DNA of 45,483 nt from a bacterium. Its GTDB lineage: Bacteria; Pseudomonadota; Alphaproteobacteria; Rhodobacterales; Rhodobacteraceae. Where the stretch lies: positions 1 to 45,483 of the forward strand of contig JAYTQA010000313.1 in the NCBI GenBank assembly GCA_043746955.1, given 5' to 3'. Every line of letters begins with the position of its first letter. The stretch's first letter is position 1. The position numbers were made by a program, and so were the translations under genes. Below the pieces are notes generated by a model that was given only the letters and a program-made list of their open reading frames with translations, had not been told where the DNA came from and did not search any database. This document shows, one piece after another, positions 26,463-35,614 of the stretch.

Positions 26463-28064
26463 GTGCAGAATTTGCTTTCACTTTGGGCCAATCTTACCAA
26501 CCAACGGCGCGCCATCGTGGTCGGGGCGACACTGGCCATGTTTCTGGCCGTTATCGGTCTTGCGCGCATGGCGGGCCAGGCAAACATGGCACTTTTGTAC
26601 TCCGGGCTCGACAGTGCTGCCGCCGGGGCCGTGGTTACCGCGCTCGATCAACAGGCCGTCAAGTATGAGATTCGCGGCGATGCGATTTACGTCGACGAAT
26701 CGCTGCGGGACAGTTTGCGCATGACACTGGCCGCACAAGGTTTGCCTGCGACCGGGGGCAACGGCTACGAACTCCTTGATAAGTTGTCAGGTTTTGGCAC
26801 GACGTCGCAGATGTTTGACGCAGCCTACTGGCGCGCCAAGGAGGGCGAACTGGCGCGGACCGTGCTTGCGATGCCAGAGCTGCGGGCCGCGCGGGTCCAC
26901 ATTGCCGAAGCCCCCTCGCAGTTGTTTCAAGACAAGAACAAACCGACGGCGAGTGTGACTGTCACGACCAGGTCCGGCCCGTTGTCGTCAGCCCAGGCCA
27001 ACGCGGTCCGCCATCTCGTGGCCGGGGCCGTATCGGGGATGCAGCCAGATGACGTAGCGGTGATTGATTCGGTGGCGGGCTTGATCCCGTCAGACAGTGA
27101 TGCTGCGGCCCCCAATGCGGCGGGTCAGACCAAAGCGGCCGAGATCCGGCAGAATGTCGAACGCCTGCTGGCCGCCCGGGTCGGTCCCGGCAAAGCGGTG
27201 GTCGAGGTCAATGTCAATGTGGTGACCGACCGCGAAGAGGTCCACCAACGCACGCTCGACCCACAAGGCAAGGTCGCGATTTCCACCGAAACCCAGGATA
27301 AAACCGACAAATCCAACGGCAGCGATGGCAGCGTGACCGTCGCCTCCAACTTGCCCGGCGGGGCTGCGGGTGGCAGCGGCGCCAACCAGAGCCAAAGTTC
27401 GGACAAATCTGAACGCACCAATTACGAAGTCTCCGAGACGAACCGCCAGGTGATCAAACTGCCGGGTGCGACAGCCAAGCTTTCGGTAGCGGTTCTGGTC
27501 GATCAGGAAAAGCTCACCGCCAGCGACGGCACGGTCACCTACCAGCCGCGCACCGATGCAGAGCTTGCGACACTCAAGGAACTCGTGGCCTCAGCGGTGG
27601 GGCTGGATACCACGCGCGGCGATGTGCTCACGCTGAAATCCCTGCCATTTCAACACCAAGTCGCCGAAGGCAGCCTCGCCCAATCCGGATTTATGGCCGC
27701 GCTTGGCCCGCTCAATCTGATGTCGATGCTCCAGCTTGGCGTTTTGGCGTTGGTGGCACTGATCCTTGGGTTGTTCGTGATCCGGCCGATCCTGACCTCG
27801 ACCGCGCGCGCGCAATTGTCGTCGCCGGTGATGCCCTTGGCCTTGCCAAACGGGCTGGGCAGATCAGCTCCCGCAGCGCTGAATGGTGAAATCGACGACG
27901 GCGGCATCTTCCCGCAAGTGGCTGATTTCTCGGAACAAGAGGCCGCGATGACCGGCGTGGAAACCGATCCGGTCGCCCGCCTGCGCCGTTTGATCGAAGA
28001 GCGTCAATCCGAATCAATCGAGATCCTGCGCTCCTGGATGGAACACGACGAGGAGCCAGCCTGA
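26463..28064 (+). CDS. fliF: MS-ring protein FliF
   Basis: GYELLD...FGTT; RAKEGELART; ARVHIA; P.ASV; two TM segments. Confidence 0.97.
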   Translation: MQNLLSLWANLTNQRRAIVVGATLAMFLAVIGLARMAGQANMALLYSGLDSAAAGAVVTALDQQAVKYEIRGDAIYVDESLRDSLRMTLAAQGLPATGGNGYELLDKLSGFGTTSQMFDAAYWRAKEGELARTVLAMPELRAARVHIAEAPSQLFQDKNKPTASVTVTTRSGPLSSAQANAVRHLVAGAVSGMQPDDVAVIDSVAGLIPSDSDAAAPNAAGQTKAAEIRQNVERLLAARVGPGKAVVEVNVNVVTDREEVHQRTLDPQGKVAISTETQDKTDKSNGSDGSVTVASNLPGGAAGGSGANQSQSSDKSERTNYEVSETNRQVIKLPGATAKLSVAVLVDQEKLTASDGTVTYQPRTDAELATLKELVASAVGLDTTRGDVLTLKSLPFQHQVAEGSLAQSGFMAALGPLNLMSMLQLGVLALVALILGLFVIRPILTSTARAQLSSPVMPLALPNGLGRSAPAALNGEIDDGGIFPQVADFSEQEAAMTGVETDPVARLRRLIEERQSESIEILRSWMEHDEEPA

Positions 28065-28660
28065 TGGTCTTAAAGCTGGAAGTCTTTGATTGCGATCCAA
28101 TAACCAGCTCATCGCACACCGTTGTTCTGGACCGGGTGGCGTTGGAGGATGAAAAACTCAGCGCCTACGAGATGGGCTATCGGGCCGGCTGGGACGATGC
28201 CAGCAGCGCTGTCAACGCGGATCAAACCCGCGCCTGCGCCGAACTTGCGCGCAACATGCAGACACTCAGCTTCAGCTATCATGAGGCGCGCGGCCATGTT
28301 CTGAAGGCGGTGGAGCCGCTTTTGCTGCAGATCGTTGGCCAGCTTCTGCCCGAAATCGCCCGCGAAACCCTGGCCCCCTTTGTGCTGGAAACCTTGATGC
28401 CCTTGGCCGAAACCCTTGGCGATGCGCCGGTCACACTCGTGATCAACCCGGTCGCGCGCGCGGCGGTTGAGGCTCTGCTCAACCAGGCAACCGGCCTGCC
28501 GATGACAATTGAGGAAGAGCCGACCCTTGGCGAAGGGCAGGTCTACATCCGGATGGGCTCTGCCGAAACCCAGGTCGATCTTGACCAAGCCACCGCCGAC
28601 ATCGCCGCCGCAGTACGCGGATTTTTTGATCTGACTGGAAAGGACCGACCCCATGGATAA
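28064..28660 (+). CDS. fliH: FliH-like export ATPase regulator
   Basis: AYEMGYRAGWDDA (GxxxG) motif; EEEPTLGEGQV C-domain; follows fliF. Confidence 0.8.
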   Translation: MVLKLEVFDCDPITSSSHTVVLDRVALEDEKLSAYEMGYRAGWDDASSAVNADQTRACAELARNMQTLSFSYHEARGHVLKAVEPLLLQIVGQLLPEIARETLAPFVLETLMPLAETLGDAPVTLVINPVARAAVEALLNQATGLPMTIEEEPTLGEGQVYIRMGSAETQVDLDQATADIAAAVRGFFDLTGKDRPHG

Positions 28661-28922
28661 CCTCGCCGACAGCAACCCCTTCGCCCAAGTGCCGATCGAG
28701 GTGACAATCTCGGTCGGCAAGGCGCGGCCGCTGGTCAAAGACCTGCTGCGGCTGGCCCGGGATGCGATACTACCGCTGGACCGCCGGGTGGATGACCCGG
28801 TGGAGCTTTACGTCGGCGACCGTCTGATTGCGCGGGGCGAATTGCAAGAGATGGAGGGTGACCAGGCCGGCCAACTCGCCGTGCGGCTGACCGAGGTAGC
28901 CAATCTGCGGGGCGGGCTGTGA
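28653..28922 (+). CDS. fliN: Motor switch protein FliN (SpoA domain)
   Basis: VPIEVTISVG; PVELYVGDRLIARGEL; LAVRLTEV. Confidence 0.93.
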   Translation: MDNLADSNPFAQVPIEVTISVGKARPLVKDLLRLARDAILPLDRRVDDPVELYVGDRLIARGELQEMEGDQAGQLAVRLTEVANLRGGL

Positions 28923-29641
28923 GGCTCATTCTGCTGGCCGTTGCGCTGGTTTTGGTCGCCCTACCCGCGCTCGCGCAATCGGTTTCGCTGGATTTCGGCA
29001 ACAACGGCTCGCTCGCCACCCGGTCGGTCGAAATCATTCTGCTGATCACCTTGCTGAGTATCGTGCCGGGCCTTGCGGTGATGGTGACCTGCTTTCCCTT
29101 CATCGTCACGGTCCTGTCGATCCTGCGGCAGGCGTTGGGCCTGCAACAGTCGCCGCCCAATATGGTGATTGTCAGCCTTGCTTTGTTCCTGACCTGGTTT
29201 GTGATGGACCCGGTGTTTACCGAGGCCTGGACCAAGGGCGTGCAACCGCTCACCTCTGGTCAGATCGAGGTGCAACAGGCAATTCCGCTGATTCTGCAGC
29301 CGTTTCATGGCTTTATGGCCGGCCGTACCAACCCCGACACCTATGCAGCTCTGGCGGCTTTGCGCCCAGGGGAGGCTGCCAAACTCGCCGATGCACCGCT
29401 GTCCGTGCTGGTTCCGTCGTTCATGTTGTCGGAAATTTCGCGCGCGTTTCAAATTGGTTTTCTGATCTACCTGCCGTTCCTGATCATTGACCTGGTGACC
29501 GCCGCAATCCTGATGTCGATGGGCATGATGATGGTGCCGCCGGCGGTGGTGTCCTTGCCCTTCAAACTCGCGTTCTTCGTCGTGGCCAATGGCTGGACGC
29601 TGGTTTCGGGCGCTTTGGTGCGCAGTTATACCGGCGGCTGA
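28919..29641 (+). CDS. fliP: Export pore protein FliP
   Basis: LRQALGLQQSPPN; PSFMLSE; FQIGFLIYLPF; MGMMMVPP; SLPFKL. Confidence 0.97.
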   Translation: MRLILLAVALVLVALPALAQSVSLDFGNNGSLATRSVEIILLITLLSIVPGLAVMVTCFPFIVTVLSILRQALGLQQSPPNMVIVSLALFLTWFVMDPVFTEAWTKGVQPLTSGQIEVQQAIPLILQPFHGFMAGRTNPDTYAALAALRPGEAAKLADAPLSVLVPSFMLSEISRAFQIGFLIYLPFLIIDLVTAAILMSMGMMMVPPAVVSLPFKLAFFVVANGWTLVSGALVRSYTGG

Positions 29642-29704
29642 AACCGAACCTTGCCCGTGCCAAATTGCCGCGCACCATACCGGGGCTATTTGGTTATGCC
29701 AGCC

Positions 29705-30808
29705 TCAGTTCACCAGAAACTCCGCATGCAACGCCCCGGCGGCGTTGATGCTTTTGAGAATGTCGATCATGTCATGCGGCGCCACCCCTAGGGCGTTTAA
29801 CCCGGCCACCACCTGCGACAATGTGGCGCCACCCTGAACCTCAGCCAGACCGGTCCCCGGTGCATTCTGCACATCGGCAGAGGTCCGCGGCACCACGATC
29901 GTCTCGCCTTGCGCGAACGGGTTGGGCTGAACCACTTGCGGCATCTCATCGACCCGCAGCGTCAGATTGCCCTGCGCAATCGCCACATGGCTGATCCGCA
30001 CGTCGTCATCCATCACGATCGTGCCGCTCCGTTGATCCACCACGACACGGGCGCGCTGTTCAGGCTCGACCGTCAGGTTTTCCAGCTTGGCAATCACCCG
30101 CGCGGGCGAGTCCATATGGGTGGCGTCAATGTTCAACGACACCGTACCGGCATCCTGCATCAGCGCCACTGTCTTGCCAAACGCATTGTTGATCACGGCT
30201 TCAATCCGCGATGCCGTGGTAAAATCGGGCGAGCGCAGTGCCAGACGGACCGAGTGCATCTGACTGAAATCAAATTGCACCTCGCGTTCGACATGCGCGC
30301 CAGACGGGATCGATCCCGCAGTGGGCACCCCCACCGTCACTTTCGAGGCCTGGCCTTCCGCCGATGCGCCGCCGGCAATCAGCGTGCCCTGCGCCACCGC
30401 ATAGATCTGACCGTCGGCGCCGTTCAGCGGCGTCATCACCAACGTGCCGCCCAGCAGGCTTTTGGCATCGCCAATCGCCGAAACCGTCACATCAATCTGC
30501 GAGCCTGCGCGGGAAAACGGCGGTAAAGTCGCTGTGACAAACACCGCCGCCACGTTTTTCGGCTGAAACTGCTCGCCCGTGACGTTCACGCCCAACCGCT
30601 CCAGCAAATTGGACATGATCTCTGCGGTGAACGGCGAGTTGCGCAAACCGTCGCCGGTTCCGTTCAGGCCGACCACGAGGCCGTAGCCCACAAGGTCGTT
30701 GCCGCGCACCCCGTCAAACTCCACCAGGTCTTTGATGCGGATCGCTTCGGCGCTGACCGGGTGGGCCATAACGGCGAACAGAGCGACGGAAAGGGCGCGT
30801 AAAATCAC
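29705..30808 (-). CDS. flgI: P-ring protein FlgI
   Basis: RIKDL...GVR.N.LVGYGLVVGLNGTGD; AGALHAE. Confidence 0.97.
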   Translation of the reverse strand: MILRALSVALFAVMAHPVSAEAIRIKDLVEFDGVRGNDLVGYGLVVGLNGTGDGLRNSPFTAEIMSNLLERLGVNVTGEQFQPKNVAAVFVTATLPPFSRAGSQIDVTVSAIGDAKSLLGGTLVMTPLNGADGQIYAVAQGTLIAGGASAEGQASKVTVGVPTAGSIPSGAHVEREVQFDFSQMHSVRLALRSPDFTTASRIEAVINNAFGKTVALMQDAGTVSLNIDATHMDSPARVIAKLENLTVEPEQRARVVVDQRSGTIVMDDDVRISHVAIAQGNLTLRVDEMPQVVQPNPFAQGETIVVPRTSADVQNAPGTGLAEVQGGATLSQVVAGLNALGVAPHDMIDILKSINAAGALHAEFLVN

Positions 30809-31812
30809 AGGAAATTCACCAGGCTAAGGCGCGATGCGCGCGATGTGAGGGCATAAAGGGTCTGCAACTGGGTCTGGGTCTCTTGATATTTTGCGGCCGT
30901 ATCATAGGGATCGACCGACAACAGATTCAGACGCGCGGTTTGCAGGACGTTGGTTTCGGCATCATTGCGGGTGGCGGCGTTCTGCAGCGCAGCCTCCGTC
31001 GTGCCTAGACGTGCGCCCAGCTGCGCAAAGCCGGATTGCGAGCTGGCAAGGCTTTCTCCGGCCCGCTTGGCCAGATCGGCCCGCGCGACATCGCTGCCCG
31101 CCAGAACGCCGCGCGATAGCAACGCCGCCATCGCAAGGCCTTTCAGCGTGGTCTGGATCGCCGGATCATTGGCCGTCACGTCAATCTGTGCGGTCTGGTC
31201 CGGGCCGACCGGCACCGGCCCCAAAACATCACCGCCCAGATAGACGGTGGCCTTATAGCCGTTCGGGTCGGCAAACCACGCATTCACCGCAGTTTCGACA
31301 TCGGCGGAAGAAATTGCACCGGCGCCGGTGATCGCGGTCTGCAATGCGGTCAACATTGTGTCGGCGCTCGCCACCGCCGCGTGATCCGTGGTCTGGCCGG
31401 CAAACAGCGACCGTTCGCCAGCCCGCGTGTTCAACGCAGACATCGCAGTTTGGAGCCGGTTTGCGGCGTCCTGACCCAAAACATCAATCTGCTGCGGCGA
31501 ACTGCTTGACGCTCCGGAGAGCAGGGACGTCCCGAGTGCCGTCGCCTGGCTGCTGATCGTGCCAAGGGCTGTCTGCATCAGGCTGGTGAAAATCTGGGTT
31601 TCCGAGGTCACCGAATGATAAGCCCCCAGTTGCGACAGGCTGGATTCAATCCCGGCGATCGGCACGAAATTGCCTTTCAGCGTCTGGGTCTGGTCTGCGG
31701 TCAGGCCAGTGGTCGCCTCGGTCGACAGCTGGGTCAACGCCTGTTTCAGGCTGGCACCGCGCCGGCTGAGGATCAGCGATTGTGCCATATCGCCAAGGGA
31801 CAGGTTGTTCAT
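30805..31812 (-). CDS. flgL: Hook-associated protein FlgL
   Basis: Flagellin-family fold cues (ALNT...RSLFAG; VDPY..A...Q; LSLVNFL); follows flgK. Confidence 0.85.
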   Translation of the reverse strand: MNNLSLGDMAQSLILSRRGASLKQALTQLSTEATTGLTADQTQTLKGNFVPIAGIESSLSQLGAYHSVTSETQIFTSLMQTALGTISSQATALGTSLLSGASSSSPQQIDVLGQDAANRLQTAMSALNTRAGERSLFAGQTTDHAAVASADTMLTALQTAITGAGAISSADVETAVNAWFADPNGYKATVYLGGDVLGPVPVGPDQTAQIDVTANDPAIQTTLKGLAMAALLSRGVLAGSDVARADLAKRAGESLASSQSGFAQLGARLGTTEAALQNAATRNDAETNVLQTARLNLLSVDPYDTAAKYQETQTQLQTLYALTSRASRLSLVNFL

Positions 31813-31813
31813 C

Positions 31814-33271
31814 TTAGATATCCATCAGGGTTTGCATCATTTGATTGACGGCGGTTATGACCTTGGCATTGGCGGCGTAGCTTTGTTCGATCTGCAAAAG
31901 CGACTGCATTTCGTGATCGGTATCCACCCCGCCCTGCGCCTCCATCGAGGTGAATGTGTCCAGCCGGGTGGTGGCATAGGTGGATTCGCCCTGCGCTGAA
32001 AGTTTGGCCGTCGCGGTGATCGACAAAAGATCGCTCGCGAGGACCGAAAAGCTGCGCTGGCCGGCCATGAACCCGCCAGAAACCGGTGACCGGTCGGCCG
32101 TCAAAGCACTGCCGAGGTCGGTGATCAGGGCCGCATTGCCGACCGGCCCCGGCGCGGTGGCACCAAGACCATCGCGCAGCTTCCACAAAACGCCGCCCTG
32201 ATTGGGGTCAACGGCGGCATTCAACTTGAGCCTTTGGGCCAGACCTACTTCATTTGCCGGATCAAACGCAGCGCCCGCGTCGGTGAACAGCCCGGCATCA
32301 CCCGGCGCGCGGGTGGTATCCACACTGCTGGCCTGAAACCGCTCGACCAGGTCGCGCGCCACGCCGTCGATCTGGGCTTGCGCTTTGACCGCAATGTCAT
32401 CGCGCACCGCGAAATTGGCGGCCAGCGACCCGCCCTGAATAACCGAGGAATCGCCCGACGTCGGGGTTGCCACGCCATTCAGCGTCAGACCCGACAGGCC
32501 ACCGGACTGCAGCGTCATCTGCGGCCCAACCGAAGAGGAGGTGGCGAAGCCAAAGACCGACGGCACCCCGTCCAGCAGCACCCCGCCGCTGGTGGTGTAC
32601 AGCGACACCGAGCCGTCGGTTTGTTGAATTTCGCGCAAAGGCACGATCTTTGCGATCTGGTCGATCACCTGTTGGCGCTGATCCTGCAGGGCGGATGTGT
32701 CTTGCCCCTGACCAAAACCCTTGCGGATCTGCACGTTCAGCTTTGACGCTTTATCGAGCGCGGAATTCAGTTGCGCCACCTCTGACCCGATTTCGGTGTC
32801 AGCGGAGGTGCGGGCGGACTGAACCTCTTTGCCGATCGCCGCGATGGAGCTGATCAAGCCGGTAGCGGCAGTGGCGATCGAACTTAACAGGGGCTCAGAT
32901 TCCGGGTGCGCCACCGCCTGCGTCAGCGAGGAATTAAGCGCTGCCACCCGACCGTTCAGCGAATTAGGGTCATCGGGTGTGCCCATCAACATCTGGATGC
33001 GGGCATAAAAAGCGGTCCGCGTGTCGGCACTGCCCTGTTCGGATTGGGCCAATCTGCGGTCGTTGAGCAGCGGCTGATCGACGACCCGGGTGACGCCGAC
33101 GATCTGGACACCTTGCCCGGTCGTGCCCACGGTGCGCGAGGTCAGTTGAAGCTCGCGCCGGGCATAGCCGGGTGTCGTTGCATTGGCGATATTGGACGAC
33201 ACCAGCTCTGCCGCTTTTGCGGCGGCAGTCAGCCCGGACAGGGCGCTGGATAGAGTACCCGCAATCGTCAC
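31814..33271 (-). CDS. flgK: Hook-associated protein FlgK
   Basis: ALSGL...VSSNIANATTPGYAR; L.DQR; GVD.D.EM..L...EQSY.ANAKVI. Confidence 0.96.
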   Translation of the reverse strand: MTIAGTLSSALSGLTAAAKAAELVSSNIANATTPGYARRELQLTSRTVGTTGQGVQIVGVTRVVDQPLLNDRRLAQSEQGSADTRTAFYARIQMLMGTPDDPNSLNGRVAALNSSLTQAVAHPESEPLLSSIATAATGLISSIAAIGKEVQSARTSADTEIGSEVAQLNSALDKASKLNVQIRKGFGQGQDTSALQDQRQQVIDQIAKIVPLREIQQTDGSVSLYTTSGGVLLDGVPSVFGFATSSSVGPQMTLQSGGLSGLTLNGVATPTSGDSSVIQGGSLAANFAVRDDIAVKAQAQIDGVARDLVERFQASSVDTTRAPGDAGLFTDAGAAFDPANEVGLAQRLKLNAAVDPNQGGVLWKLRDGLGATAPGPVGNAALITDLGSALTADRSPVSGGFMAGQRSFSVLASDLLSITATAKLSAQGESTYATTRLDTFTSMEAQGGVDTDHEMQSLLQIEQSYAANAKVITAVNQMMQTLMDI

Positions 33272-33280
33272 CTAAACCCC

Positions 33281-34585
33281 CTATCGCTTGAGGTTCGCGG
33301 TTTCTTGCAGCATTTCGTCCACCGTCTGAATGACTTTGACGTTGGACGAATAGGCGCGCTGGGTCGTGATCAGGCTGGTCAGTTCCGAGGTGACATCGGT
33401 GGTCGATTGTTCCTGGCTGTAGCCGACCAGCTTGCCGGTCGGCCCATCACCCGAATTCCACAGATAGAACGGCCCCGAATCGGCCGACACCTGATAGGTC
33501 TGGTCGGAATGCGAGGTCAGACCGTTCGGATTGGCCACGTCCACCAACGGAATCTGGTAGATGATCTTGGAAAAACCCTGATCATAATTGGCGTGAAGAT
33601 AGCCGTTGTCGTCAACCGCCACGCCCACAAGCCGGGCTACGGGTGTGCCGTTGGTGGCCTTGCCAATCGGCGCAAAGCTTTCCGACAGTTGGGTCATCCC
33701 GCCGGTCACGCCGACTGCCCCAATATTAAGGTCCACGTTACCGCCACCTACTACCAGTGGAATAACCCCGGTGGCAGCGTTATAATCCGCACCGGTGATC
33801 GTGCTGACCGAGGCAAGCGTGCCACCAGCGCCTTGGCTGCTGTCAAACGTGATGGTGTATTCGCCGATGACCGCATTGCCACTGGCGGTGTCAGTGATCG
33901 ACATGTCCCAGGTGTTCGACGCGCCTGCTGCCGGAACCGACGGCGTAAATGTATAGTGCAAGGTTTCCTGGGTGCCGAGGTTGCCGGTGTATTGCACCGA
34001 CATTTCATTGGTCAGCCCGTTCGCCCCGGCCTGGGTGGCCGTTGCCGGCAGGTTGGCGCCCAACGACATTTTAGTGGTAGGATTTGAGACATACTGGTTC
34101 TGGTCCAGCTTGACCGGTGTCATCGCCTTCATCGTGTCGCGCGGAAAGTTGCCCAGCGTGCCATCCGGGTTAGCTGGCCAACCCATCAGCACTTGGCCGG
34201 TCGGGTTGCGCAAAATACCATCCGCATCGGCCTTGAACGACCCGGTGGTTGTCAGCGAGATCGGATAATCCCCGTTGGCGCGATGCACAGCGTCAATCGT
34301 GGTCACGGCCATGAAGCCGCGCCCGTCAATCGCCAGATCGGTCGCATTGGCGGTGCCGATCAGGGGGCCATGTTCATCAATCAGCCGGTAGCTGGTCGAG
34401 CGGACTCCGCCGGCTGAATAGGCCGTGCTGAGGTCACCATGCACCACGACCGAATAGAAATCGGCCTGGGCCCGTTTGTATCCATAGGTGGAGGAGTTTG
34501 CGATGTTGTCTGAAATAGTTGCCAGACGGTTGGCATTCGCATTCAACCCTGCCACCCCCGCATTCAGCGAAGAGGAAATCGTCAT
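33281..34585 (-). CDS. flgE: Flagellar hook protein FlgE
   Basis: SLNAGVAGL..N...L..ISDNIANS.T.GYK; TDLAIDGRGF; LITTQRAYSSN.KVIQT.DEML. Confidence 0.97.
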   Translation of the reverse strand: MTISSSLNAGVAGLNANANRLATISDNIANSSTYGYKRAQADFYSVVVHGDLSTAYSAGGVRSTSYRLIDEHGPLIGTANATDLAIDGRGFMAVTTIDAVHRANGDYPISLTTTGSFKADADGILRNPTGQVLMGWPANPDGTLGNFPRDTMKAMTPVKLDQNQYVSNPTTKMSLGANLPATATQAGANGLTNEMSVQYTGNLGTQETLHYTFTPSVPAAGASNTWDMSITDTASGNAVIGEYTITFDSSQGAGGTLASVSTITGADYNAATGVIPLVVGGGNVDLNIGAVGVTGGMTQLSESFAPIGKATNGTPVARLVGVAVDDNGYLHANYDQGFSKIIYQIPLVDVANPNGLTSHSDQTYQVSADSGPFYLWNSGDGPTGKLVGYSQEQSTTDVTSELTSLITTQRAYSSNVKVIQTVDEMLQETANLKR

Positions 34586-34638
34586 CGATAGCGCCTTTCT
34601 GCAGCTCGACCTTACCCGGCCAAACTGACCGCTCCGAT

Positions 34639-34654
34639 TTAAGATTCCGCTAAC
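34639..34654. promoter_or_regulatory. CtrA box upstream of flgE (TTAA-N7-CTAAC) containing a GANTC site
   Basis: TTAA GATTCCG CTAAC. Confidence 0.75.
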
Positions 34655-34675
34655 AGCTAAAATCCAATGCGCTTG

Positions 34676-35530
34676 TCACCGATTTTTGCGCAACAAGATC
34701 ACCTCAATCCGGTTGTTGCGCATGGCGGTGGGATCGGCGGTGGCAGGCTTGCGGTCGGCATGGCCGCTGACACGCGCGATGCGGTTGGTGGACATGCCCT
34801 TGTTTTCCAAGAGTTGCCGGACAACCTGCGCGCGCGAAGATGACAAGTCCCAGGTCGGGTTTTTCATCATCATCACCGGATAGGCATGGACATAGCCGTC
34901 CACCGCGATCTGGTTTTTCGTCGCCGCAAAAACATCCGACAAAAGGCCCGCAATCGCGGTCAACATATCGGTCGGGTCGGCAGAATCCTCGGCAAAGAGC
35001 GGGGAGCCTGCCACGTCAAACATCTCAATCACCAGACCTTCATCGGTGACTTTGGTGACGACATGGCTCAAGAGGCTTTGCATCGTCTGACTTTCGCCGC
35101 CTTTGCCCTCCAACTTGCTTTGCAGACGCTTCAGGTCGGCCTCCTGCGCTGCGGCATCACGGCCAGACGTATCGCCGCCCGCCTCGCTGGATTTGCTGGC
35201 GTCGGCCGGGTTTGCGCCAGACTGGCCGGTGCCATTATGCGCCGATGTCTGGTCGCTGAAGATCGAATCGCCGCCAAACGCGCCGTCGCCGCCGCCAGAG
35301 ATGCGGTTGATCGGAATCGTCGGATTGAAGTAATCCGCGATCCCCTTGCGTTGCTTTTCCGTCGTCGCGCCCAAAAGCCACATCAACATGAAGAAGGCCA
35401 TCATGGCCGTCACAAAGTCAGCATAGGCAACCTTCCACGCTCCACCGTGGTGACCGCCGCCAACAATAATCTTCTTCCGTTTGATGATGACTGGCGCGGC
35501 ATTTGCTTGCCCAGCCATTCCCACACCCAT
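34676..35530 (-). CDS. motB: Flagellar stator protein MotB
   Basis: HGGAWKVAYADFVTAMMAFF; OmpA-like WDLSSSRA...NNRIEV. Alternative start at 35518. Confidence 0.97.
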   Translation of the reverse strand: MGVGMAGQANAAPVIIKRKKIIVGGGHHGGAWKVAYADFVTAMMAFFMLMWLLGATTEKQRKGIADYFNPTIPINRISGGGDGAFGGDSIFSDQTSAHNGTGQSGANPADASKSSEAGGDTSGRDAAAQEADLKRLQSKLEGKGGESQTMQSLLSHVVTKVTDEGLVIEMFDVAGSPLFAEDSADPTDMLTAIAGLLSDVFAATKNQIAVDGYVHAYPVMMMKNPTWDLSSSRAQVVRQLLENKGMSTNRIARVSGHADRKPATADPTAMRNNRIEVILLRKNR

Positions 35531-35564
35531 TTACTCACCCAAGGCCCAACTTACGGGAACTGCG

Positions 35565-35579
35565 TGAATGGCGGCTTAA
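35565..35579. promoter_or_regulatory. CtrA-like box upstream of motB (TGAA-N7-TTAA)
   Basis: TGAA TGGCGGC TTAA, plus an extra TTAAC half-site at 35591. Confidence 0.6.
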
Positions 35580-35614
35580 ACCTTGGCATTTTAACGGTTT
35601 TCCCACCGGCGCGG

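Noticed and set aside
29642-29704. TGGCAC word (minus strand) as a sigma-54 promoter; likewise TGGCAC near 41411
   Set aside because: No GC at the required GG-N10-GC spacing, and the first lies between convergent genes.
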